From: Patescibacteria group bacterium | GTDB taxonomy: Bacteria; Patescibacteriota; Microgenomatia; UBA1400; UBA12028 | DNA: 64,000 nt | Direction: 5' to 3' | NCBI GenBank assembly: GCA_035479015.1 | Contig: DATIJC010000002.1 | Span: 9,777 to 73,776 of the forward strand | In this document: positions 56,344-64,000 of the stretch, one piece after another | How the letters are laid out: every line of letters starts with the position of its first letter | Numbering within the stretch: position 1 is the stretch's first letter | Translations under genes and position numbers: made by a program | The notes under the pieces: model-generated | Databases searched by the model: none | The model's input: the letters and a program-made list of their open reading frames with translations, nothing else | What the model was told of the DNA's origin: nothing

Positions 56344-57522
56344 TCATGCCCAAGTTTTAATGAGTGTTGCTACTGACTGAGATTGTAACGTATACGCCCC
56401 GGTACTTGCAGGAATAAAGATAGACGCACCCTTTTCAGCATGCAGCGAAAGATCACCAACGATTAGATCAATACTGCCATCTTTGACAAACAAATGATGG
56501 AAACTGTCATCTGTATTCGTATCCGCTTCTACTCCCCTATACTCCTTACCTATTTGCAGCAGCGATGATTTGTAATACAAAGAATTAAAAAGCCTGGCTT
56601 TTTCCAATCCACCACTGCTTATTTCTTCCATTTTACGGACCAGCGTGGCGGGATCATTGTGAGTAGTCTCAGCATCCAGTGCTGCAAAATAATCATCAAT
56701 ATGGATCGGCCGGATTGTGCCATCGTCTGCGATCTTACCTTTATCAAAAGACCGTAGCGTACAGTCTTTATCCATGACGTTTAGTTGTACTTCGTAGACA
56801 ATATTCCCGTCGGGGATATCTGCTCCTTCTTCCCACGAATGATGTGTTCCCCCATCGGATAAATCTATTAACGTATCTGCTTCTATATTTATCTCGTTTA
56901 CAAATTGATAAGGACTGTTTTCTTGAATTGTTTTGGCAAGCTGCGCTCTTGCATCAACAACTGCGTACTGCGCACTGCGGACTTTCTCACTAAGTTCTAA
57001 AGCTACGGTTTCTATAGATTTACATACTTGTCTATATTTTTCCAAATCAGATCCAGTTTTTAATCCTAGCGTTGCTTTTCCTTTTTCAAAAAAGTACCAA
57101 CTCTCAGGTTTTGGCTTCCAATTCGCTGTAGTATTGCCCGGTCGCACATGCACCTGAAATGAGTTCCCCTTTGCTTGCGTAAACTTGATAAGCACGCGCA
57201 TCCGGTTGCCAAAACTTTCTGCGTTTCTCTTCCCCAAAACTTTTTCCGGATCACTATCGATAAGTGATTGCAGCGAGAAAAGAGCGTGTGAGTTGCCAAA
57301 AATTTCCTGTGTCAGGCCATCACTTGCATTGCCCAATTCAATCGGCAACTCATTAGAGTTAGTAATGGATGACAAACTGGAATCCTGTGCCAATTCATAT
57401 GATTGTCCAATTGTTAAACTTTGCAAATTTGCAGGCAAGTTCTTAAATCCAGCGATATACTTTCCACCCCAGGTAGGTTGAGGAATTAGTTTTGGAACAA
57501 TAAGGTATGGTTGAATTTGCAT
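56344..57522 (-). CDS. Type I mannose-6-phosphate isomerase-like cupin
   Basis: P...P.WGG, GQSYE, LIK..A..NSFQVH, KPESWY, HH, EVQ. Confidence 0.75.
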   Translation of the reverse strand: MQIQPYLIVPKLIPQPTWGGKYIAGFKNLPANLQSLTIGQSYELAQDSSLSSITNSNELPIELGNASDGLTQEIFGNSHALFSLQSLIDSDPEKVLGKRNAESFGNRMRVLIKFTQAKGNSFQVHVRPGNTTANWKPKPESWYFFEKGKATLGLKTGSDLEKYRQVCKSIETVALELSEKVRSAQYAVVDARAQLAKTIQENSPYQFVNEINIEADTLIDLSDGGTHHSWEEGADIPDGNIVYEVQLNVMDKDCTLRSFDKGKIADDGTIRPIHIDDYFAALDAETTHNDPATLVRKMEEISSGGLEKARLFNSLYYKSSLLQIGKEYRGVEADTNTDDSFHHLFVKDGSIDLIVGDLSLHAEKGASIFIPASTGAYTLQSQSVATLIKTWA

Positions 57523-57523
57523 G

Positions 57524-58594
57524 TTACTTCTTTAACTCTGCTTTGAACCAATCGACCCACAGATTGGGCGTTGGGTTTTGACCATTGAGTAGTGCCAGGT
57601 AAAACGTCGTGTATGCACCAAATGCCATCAGCTCAAAAACTTGCGACAACTTTGTCTTTGACTTTAATACAAGTTCTCGTGACTCACATTTGTTCTGCTC
57701 GATTACCTGCGCGGTGAGTTTCATCCGCTTACTGTTACCAACTGCGTATAGTGATGAATTTACCAGCAGGAAAAGTAAGTTAACATCGTTTGATTTGGGG
57801 AAAGCTAAACCTTCCATTAAATGATGATTCATTTCCGGAACCACTCTGTATTCTGAATATACTTTGGCGGTTTCGTTAAAGGCGTTGGCTACGACATGTG
57901 ACGCACCTTCCAGATGCTCTGCCGCCGTAATAATGGGTAAGCGCTCTACGGATTCAAAGGCCAACAATTTTGCTAGATTTTTATCCTGAGCGATCTCCAC
58001 ATTATTTTCTAACTGAACCTGAGCCACTACCTGTAAGACTTCTTCAAAATCTGTTCGCGATAGTGAGAGTAAACCTGTGCGCTCAAGCAGTGCGATTTGA
58101 CCAAACACAGAGTACCCAAGTGCATAACGCGGCACATTGCATGGGTTAAAAGTAGCCGTGTAGATATACCCGGGATAATTATTTGTTTTCAAAAAGTCTG
58201 CTAGCTTTCCGCCCGATGCGAGCCCGGTAATCTGAGCACCTTTCTTCTTGGCATCTTCACCAGCCGAAAGAGTTTCTTCTGTGTTACCAGAATAACTGGA
58301 CAGCACTACCAAAGTTTCACTGTTTACCCATGCAGGGAGTGTGTAATCGGGCACGCTAAAAACCGGAACTTTTAGCTCGTCTTTAAACAGTGTTTGAATA
58401 ACATGTGTTCCGTACGCAGATCCACCCATACCCGCTACCACGACATTTTTAACGATCTTGTAGGTTTCGGGAAATTTAATCCCGCGCGTCTCATCCCATG
58501 CTTGTTTAATTTGACTGCCCAATTCTTCTATAGATCTCAGTCCATTATTGGTATCCAGTTTTTTGATCTCATCACGATCGTCTAATATGCTCAT
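57524..58594 (-). CDS. Bifunctional phosphoglucose/phosphomannose isomerase (SIS)
   Basis: GMGGS, SYSGNTEET, PR, NE.AK, PEMNH. Confidence 0.9.
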   Translation of the reverse strand: MSILDDRDEIKKLDTNNGLRSIEELGSQIKQAWDETRGIKFPETYKIVKNVVVAGMGGSAYGTHVIQTLFKDELKVPVFSVPDYTLPAWVNSETLVVLSSYSGNTEETLSAGEDAKKKGAQITGLASGGKLADFLKTNNYPGYIYTATFNPCNVPRYALGYSVFGQIALLERTGLLSLSRTDFEEVLQVVAQVQLENNVEIAQDKNLAKLLAFESVERLPIITAAEHLEGASHVVANAFNETAKVYSEYRVVPEMNHHLMEGLAFPKSNDVNLLFLLVNSSLYAVGNSKRMKLTAQVIEQNKCESRELVLKSKTKLSQVFELMAFGAYTTFYLALLNGQNPTPNLWVDWFKAELKK

Positions 58595-58607
58595 AAGTCT
58601 CCTTCTG

Positions 58608-58699
58608 TGTCATCCTTGCGTAGGCAAGGATCCAGACAATAAGTAACTCACTATTGTATTTTATTTGTTGCATGGATTCCTGCCTTCGCAGGAATGACA
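58608..58699. repeat. Empty 92-bp palindrome doublet (REPIN-like)
   Basis: TGTCATCCTTGCGTAGGCAAGGATCCA, an AT-rich spacer, then TGGATTCCTGCCTTCGCAGGAATGACA. Confidence 0.9.
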
Positions 58700-58701
58700 G
58701 G

Positions 58702-59487
58702 CTAAATATTTTTTTCAATCCATTTTGCAACGCCGTCATGGTCACAATCCTGCGTCATTTCATCTGCAATTGCTTTAATATCGTCGGTAGCATTTCCTAC
58801 AGCTACACTATGTCCGACTGCTAGCAAAAATTCCGCATCGTTACTACTATCACCAAATCCGACAATTTCTTCTTTCTCAATTCCCTGCAATGCACACCAT
58901 TTATTCAAGCCAAACACTTTCGTCACTCCCTGTGCAGTCACATCGGTATACTGTTTGCCATCATAGTTAGCCAGTACTTTATGTTCCACAGGCAGCTTTC
59001 CCAATGCGGTAGTAAAATCTGCATTTACCTGTGAGATGGTAACCAAAGGTACCGACTTGTCTGACAATTCGCTTAAGTCTCGCACGGGGGATTCTTTTTG
59101 TCCTGACAGAAAGTAGACAGACCTGTGTGCGCGAGCCTTTGCATTGCCATACATCTCTCTCCCCTTTTGGATCAAGATTCTGCACTCATATTTTTCGCTC
59201 AGTTCTATTATCCGCCTAACTATCACATCATCTATGAGTTTCTCGAATACCATCTCACCGTCATTTTTGAGAATCTGCCCGCCACCTGCCACCACGTGCA
59301 AATCCCTCTCAGAAAAAACTAATTCAAGCATTCCTCCGATAGTTGCAAGACACCGCCCCGTACAGACGCCAACTAGCAAACCAGATCGTGTGGCAGAGAT
59401 TATCGCAGCCTTGGTCCGCGGACTTACCTGCTTATGTGAATCCGTGAGTGTCTTGTCGACATCAAAGAGAAATGCTTTATACATCAT
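58702..59487 (-). CDS. Cof-type HAD-IIB phosphatase
   Basis: DVDKTL, TGR, K, GDSSND, GNA, DGVA. Confidence 0.92.
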   Translation of the reverse strand: MMYKAFLFDVDKTLTDSHKQVSPRTKAAIISATRSGLLVGVCTGRCLATIGGMLELVFSERDLHVVAGGGQILKNDGEMVFEKLIDDVIVRRIIELSEKYECRILIQKGREMYGNAKARAHRSVYFLSGQKESPVRDLSELSDKSVPLVTISQVNADFTTALGKLPVEHKVLANYDGKQYTDVTAQGVTKVFGLNKWCALQGIEKEEIVGFGDSSNDAEFLLAVGHSVAVGNATDDIKAIADEMTQDCDHDGVAKWIEKNI

Positions 59488-60728
59488 TGCCTGAGTGTAC
59501 CATCATGTGGAACGTGCGCAAAGATTGTCAGTGATGGGTAGACAGTCGCGTTTGCACCAATAAATTTACCCGGCATTGTACTCACACGCACGCCTATTCG
59601 CGCATTGTCTCCTATAATTGTTCCAAGCGCCTGCCGGCCGGTATCTGTCTTTTTTCCTTTTACATCGACAAAAATATTTCGTCGGTCGATCCGTTTGTTG
59701 GAGGAAATAAAACCTGCACCAATCGTTACACCGGTGCCAACTATAGAGTCCCCTAAGTATCCGTTGTGCATACTTGAGTGCTCTAAAATTATTGACCGTG
59801 CAACTTCGCTATGAGAACCAACTGAAGAGCCCTCTTCCAAACTGCTCCCCCGAATGAGTGAAAAGTCTCCGATGAAAACATCTTTACCGATGTAACACGG
59901 ACCTACTATCCGGCTCGCATGTCCGACATGTGCGCCGTTTTCGATATACACAGGACCGTTGTCGCTATCGATGACTGCAGTTTTTTCAACTGTTGCATAT
60001 GGTGACGTATAGTTCGGCATCTCTTCAAACAGATGGGACTGGAAATCAAACAAATGCCAAGGGAATTTCAATGACGGCAAAGGATCGGCGAGTTCTACCG
60101 CATGAACTGGGGATTTTGGAAAGTATTTATTTAGCGCTGCCTCAAAACTATACTCTTGCTTCTCCTCATCTTCCAAAACCTGTATGTAGTTTGGAGATAA
60201 ATAATACATGCCTTGAGCCATGAGATTTGAATTTTCTGTGCCTTGCTTTGGTTTCTCCACTATTCCGTTTATCCTCTTTCCATCCAAGGTAACGATTCCA
60301 TATAGCCATGGTTCTTGTGTGTATGTAACAGCAATTGCTCCACCGTTACCTGACTCCTCCACAAGTTGTAAAATCACCGTCCCTACATCAACCGATGAAG
60401 GAAATGTCACCGCAAACGGATCTTTACAATACTCGCGTGCATGCAAAACTGCATCGCCCATCCCCAGCGCTTCTGGCTGGAGAACGTAGTCTATGCGCAG
60501 TTTGAAATTATAGTCAGCTAAGAAACCCGAGAGGCCTTTACCCCCATAATCTTTAGGCGAGACTATCAACACTACTTGGTCAAAACCATTGTCTTGCAAG
60601 TTTTCGAGCGTTCGCACGACAATTGGCTTACCCAGAAGCGTCACTCCACCCTTGTGAGTCTGCGTGTTTAGTGGGAAAAACCGGCTATTTTCACCTGCAG
60701 CCAGGATAATGACGGTTGGAAGTTTCAT
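59484..60728 (-). CDS. Sugar-1-phosphate nucleotidyltransferase with left-handed beta-helix (archaeal GlmU-like)
   Basis: LAAGENSRFFP..K, Q..ALGMGDA, VEKP, hexapeptide repeats, TGR..LG.IIGD. Confidence 0.85.
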   Translation of the reverse strand: MKLPTVIILAAGENSRFFPLNTQTHKGGVTLLGKPIVVRTLENLQDNGFDQVVLIVSPKDYGGKGLSGFLADYNFKLRIDYVLQPEALGMGDAVLHAREYCKDPFAVTFPSSVDVGTVILQLVEESGNGGAIAVTYTQEPWLYGIVTLDGKRINGIVEKPKQGTENSNLMAQGMYYLSPNYIQVLEDEEKQEYSFEAALNKYFPKSPVHAVELADPLPSLKFPWHLFDFQSHLFEEMPNYTSPYATVEKTAVIDSDNGPVYIENGAHVGHASRIVGPCYIGKDVFIGDFSLIRGSSLEEGSSVGSHSEVARSIILEHSSMHNGYLGDSIVGTGVTIGAGFISSNKRIDRRNIFVDVKGKKTDTGRQALGTIIGDNARIGVRVSTMPGKFIGANATVYPSLTIFAHVPHDGTLRQ

Positions 60729-60750
60729 GCCTTCATTCTAGCACGGCAAC

Positions 60751-62166
60751 TTACTCAAGAGCGTGGGTATTCACGCCCTTGGTCCAGTCGATCTCTGGAT
60801 GAGAGCTCAAGATCTCTTTGAGCGTCTTTTTCATCTCGTCGTAGACTGCTTGGGTTTTCCCTTCAAATTTGACCGTAATATACGGACCATTTTGTGACGC
60901 ACGGCAGATCGCCATACGATCGGGTAGATCAGCACGGACACCATCAATAGTCACGTATTTTGCGTCGGGCCAATGGGTTTTGAAATCACCTGCTATTACC
61001 GTTTCAATAAACTTGAACTTTATGTCATCGGCAAGACCAAACTTAATCTCCGGACTGCTTACATACACTGACAACTGCGAAGCTGCTTGTGAAAGCATTT
61101 CGTTTTTACGCTCAAGATATGAGAGCAATCGCAAACTTGCATATGCCGCATCATCATGACCGTAGTAGTTCTCCGTAAAGTAGATGTGTCCTGATAACTC
61201 GCCACCAAACGGGGCGCTCTCGGCCTTAACTTTGGCTTTAATAAACGAGTGACCGGTGATCCACATCACAGGCTTCCCACCTGCTGACTCAATGGCGTCG
61301 GTTACCTGCCTACTACACAGCGTGTTGTAAATTATCGAGCTTCCTGGCAAAAAGTCCAAGACATCTTTAGCAAACAACGCAACGATCGTATCCATCCACA
61401 ATGTGTTACCGTGTTCGTCTACGACAGCCATGCGGTCACCATCTGGATCATATGCAAAGCCAAGGTCTGCTCCTGCTGTCTTTACTCCCTCACCCAAACG
61501 CTTCAATACTTCTACTTCAGTTGGATCTGGGACACCAAGTGGGAAGTTTCCATCAAGCGTGCAGTTTTGTTCTATTACTTCACATCCAGCTTCCCGTAAA
61601 ATTTCCGGATAGAACTTCCCTGACGTTGTATTGCTTGCATCGATGACTACTTTCCATTTTTTTCCGAGGTGGAAATGTTTAAGTAAGTTTTTCTTGTAGG
61701 ATGGGAAAATATCTACCAGCGTATTTGTCCCATGCCCTTCGACGAATTTCTTGCCATCAACGAGCGCGCGAAACGCCAGGATATCTTCTGTCACCATTGT
61801 TTCGGAATATCCGGTACTAAGTTTCAATCCATTAAATTCTTTTGGATTGTGTGAAGCGGAAATCATCGCTCCACCCTTAGTTTTGAATTCGTATGAAGAG
61901 AAATAGACTATCTGTGATAGAGAGAGACCGAGGTCAAATGTGTTTATTCCACCTTCATTTAATCCTTGAATAAAAGCTTTTGAGTATGCATCACTGGTTA
62001 GACGGTTGTCCCGGCCAACAGATGCCTCGCCGATGCGGCGTGCCGATAAATATGTCGCATAGGCTCTGCCGAGGGTATACATCACATCCTCAGACAACTC
62101 TTTGTCCACCAATCCGCGAATGTCATAACCACGGAAAATAACCGGATTTACATCAACAACTTGCAT
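60751..62166 (-). CDS. Phosphomannomutase/phosphoglucomutase
   Basis: FRGYDIRG, SASHNP, DPDGDR, GELSGH. Confidence 0.95.
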   Translation of the reverse strand: MQVVDVNPVIFRGYDIRGLVDKELSEDVMYTLGRAYATYLSARRIGEASVGRDNRLTSDAYSKAFIQGLNEGGINTFDLGLSLSQIVYFSSYEFKTKGGAMISASHNPKEFNGLKLSTGYSETMVTEDILAFRALVDGKKFVEGHGTNTLVDIFPSYKKNLLKHFHLGKKWKVVIDASNTTSGKFYPEILREAGCEVIEQNCTLDGNFPLGVPDPTEVEVLKRLGEGVKTAGADLGFAYDPDGDRMAVVDEHGNTLWMDTIVALFAKDVLDFLPGSSIIYNTLCSRQVTDAIESAGGKPVMWITGHSFIKAKVKAESAPFGGELSGHIYFTENYYGHDDAAYASLRLLSYLERKNEMLSQAASQLSVYVSSPEIKFGLADDIKFKFIETVIAGDFKTHWPDAKYVTIDGVRADLPDRMAICRASQNGPYITVKFEGKTQAVYDEMKKTLKEILSSHPEIDWTKGVNTHALE

Positions 62167-62238
62167 ACTATTTCCTTTCCAAGACTTATTAGAGTACACC
62201 AAACGTGTTTAATAGGCCTGACAAACACCTGACCCATG

Positions 62239-62916
62239 CTACAACTCACTTACCCAAAGCGCAATTGCGCCAGACAGCGACAGAGCACTTGTCGAGGTCT
62301 TCTGCTGGCGGTCGATTTGTAGTAATTTTTCGTGCAGAGTCAGGAGCCGCTCCTGCGAGAAGTGCTTAGCTTGAGAGCGAAGTTTTTGAATCATAAACGG
62401 AGCACCAACTAATTTCCCGCCGGAGATAGCCAACAATAGTTGACGAACTTGTCGAATTAACATGGCAAATACCAACCCATCCTCGGACACAGACAACACT
62501 TTTTGTAAATCTTGAAGCGATCTCTCCTTCGGAATTGATCCAAGTTGTTCCAGCCATGAGAAAAGCAGCGCTGGTAGACGGAAAAGTTCAACCCTGGCCT
62601 TTGGGAATTTCTTCAGCTGAGGAATTGTGGCAATCTTTTTTTCGACACAGACAATTTCAGTTGTCGATCCAGCTACTAAATCCAATAATTCATCCTTGGC
62701 TTTTGATTTTGGCAAACCTAATAACCCATCTATTACCACAATCCTCTCTGTAGCAAAAAGTTGATCGGTACCAAGTAGGCTTTCAAGTTCTGGAAAATTT
62801 GTCCGTTTCGCATCTACCCGTTCAATTTGAACATGACGCGAAGTGGCATCAGAAAGTATCACCGAAAGCGCGCTGTGAATTTTTACCTCGTCATCGCCAT
62901 GCAAGATCCGGATCAT
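62239..62916 (-). CDS. holA: DNA polymerase III delta subunit, short form
   Basis: ILHGDD, LF..R.VV, L..Q.R.L, PF..KL..QA..FS, L..D..K motifs. Confidence 0.7.
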   Translation of the reverse strand: MIRILHGDDEVKIHSALSVILSDATSRHVQIERVDAKRTNFPELESLLGTDQLFATERIVVIDGLLGLPKSKAKDELLDLVAGSTTEIVCVEKKIATIPQLKKFPKARVELFRLPALLFSWLEQLGSIPKERSLQDLQKVLSVSEDGLVFAMLIRQVRQLLLAISGGKLVGAPFMIQKLRSQAKHFSQERLLTLHEKLLQIDRQQKTSTSALSLSGAIALWVSEL

Positions 62917-63619
62917 GAGCGTAGTTTACCTCATTATCGGTTACTTCTTCTTTTTCTTTTTTTATCAAGCTGGAGAGCACAGCTTCTACCGTCTTTTTTT
63001 TGTCAGCCTTGGAAATAAGTCCAGGCACTTCTATCACTACAGCGCTATCTGCAATGCCAGATTGTACTGACCAAGTCTCGATCGAGTGGTCACTCGGCTT
63101 ACTAAAAGACCACTTACAGTAACCATTCTTTACACGATAGCCAAGTGCCAAATCATCTGAATCATCAATACCTGTGAACAAGGGAATCTTTTGCACGGTG
63201 AGTTCGGTATGAAGGTTATTCCATACTTCGGCCGTGAGTCCACCGTGCGCGTCGTAAAGATAAAACGCGCTATTATCAGGATCCTCATGAAACGAGAGGA
63301 ATTGATCAAAGGAAAAGTCCGAGAGGAATTTGATAATGGCCCGAGATTCCTCACACCTGCCCTCGCCAATAAACGACCTGTTTACGTCCAACCCTTCACT
63401 ATTTTGGCGGGTTTTGTGGGCTGCGGCAGTAGGACTAAGCGACGGGATGTAAATAAAATCTGGCAATTTCTCTTCGTGCTTTTCCAAGTACGCTGTTATG
63501 AACGGAATACTTTCATACTCATTGCCATGAATACCGCTCCCGATGAGTAGTCGCGGATGTGTACCAGAGATGAAATATTCCAAATTTGTACGATCGCTCG
63601 TAAAGGTCTTGGTGACCAT
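62891..63619 (-). CDS. Succinylglutamate desuccinylase/M14-like zinc hydrolase
   Basis: GIHGNE, R.N..G.D.NR.F, SFHED, IE.P. Confidence 0.8.
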   Translation of the reverse strand: MVTKTFTSDRTNLEYFISGTHPRLLIGSGIHGNEYESIPFITAYLEKHEEKLPDFIYIPSLSPTAAAHKTRQNSEGLDVNRSFIGEGRCEESRAIIKFLSDFSFDQFLSFHEDPDNSAFYLYDAHGGLTAEVWNNLHTELTVQKIPLFTGIDDSDDLALGYRVKNGYCKWSFSKPSDHSIETWSVQSGIADSAVVIEVPGLISKADKKKTVEAVLSSLIKKEKEEVTDNEVNYAHDPDLAWR

Positions 63620-63633
63620 ATGTCCTCTCTTAT

Positions 63634-63667
63634 CCCTCGTAGTCCCGCCTTGGCGGGACGAAGTGGG
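63634..63667. repeat. GC-rich hairpin element (CGTAG..CGAAG type)
   Basis: ccctCGTAGtcccgccttggcgggaCGAAGtggg; same motif architecture as 55754-55779. Confidence 0.55.
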
Positions 63668-63907
63668 ACTCTTCCCCTAACCATGAATCAATTGAGATTT
63701 GTGGCTACTTTCTTTAGGGAGTGGGAGGACTTTGACGGGGAGAATAATTTAAACGCGCCGACCCACACCCAAACGTTTGGAGTCGGGCAAAGGGCTAGCG
63801 CCACAATCAGACTGAGTCTGGGTGCGGGCAGCTACAAATAGTCGGTTGTATGAGCGTCTAACGTACATATCTAGAGGTAGTATAACAAAATTTGAAGTCT
63901 TTGTCAT

Positions 63908-64000
63908 TTATGAACGGGACCGAGCATTCTTAAACGCTTGAACAAACTGGCTCCAAACGTCACTCCCCTCGCCCGCTTCCCAAGAATGTACTTCATTGGT
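63908..64000 (-). CDS. 3' end of an unidentified gene entering from beyond the window
   Basis: Open frame ..TNEVHSWEAGEGSDVWSQFVQAFKNARSRS* ending at 63908. Confidence 0.4.
   Translation of the reverse strand, partial: TNEVHSWEAGEGSDVWSQFVQAFKNARSRS

Noticed and set aside
10241-58699. Palindromic repeats as a CRISPR array or integron attC array
   Set aside because: Copies are dispersed and inverted rather than regularly spaced, and there is no cas or intI gene in the window.
63717-63967. tmRNA-like 5' end (GGGAGTG..GACGGGG) with a complementary CACTCCC downstream
   Set aside because: No T-arm, no G3-U pair and no CCA, and the partner lies in a probable CDS.

Overview
Compact, mostly housekeeping bacterial chromosome segment using the standard genetic code. 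The gene set and style (archaeal-type AspRS, ADP-forming acetate-CoA ligase plus 2-oxoacid:ferredoxin oxidoreductase, short HolA, PGI/PMI, very short intergenic gaps, many apparently leaderless genes) suggest a Patescibacteria/CPR, Microgenomates-like genome; this is an inference. Protein genes cover DNA repair (lexA, uvrB, uvrA, recA, recX, recJ, rmuC), tRNA enzymes (miaA, miaB-like, gltX, aspS, metG, CCA enzyme), envelope and sugar metabolism, a MacAB-type ABC system and msrA/B. RNA genes are RNase P RNA and five tRNAs. The most unusual signals are non-coding: (1) a dispersed TGTCAT..GGATCCAG palindrome family that occurs as an empty 92-bp doublet, as the same doublet filled with one complete ORF, and as in-frame insertions inside uvrB, miaA and an O-antigen ligase; (2) heptamer micro-repeats translated inside five proteins; (3) hairpin insertions with short duplications at tRNA termini; (4) an ultrashort Asp T-box; (5) a leader-peptide attenuator in front of two ORFans; (6) a 6S-RNA-like hairpin upstream of rny. 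All structures were read by eye and no searches were run.
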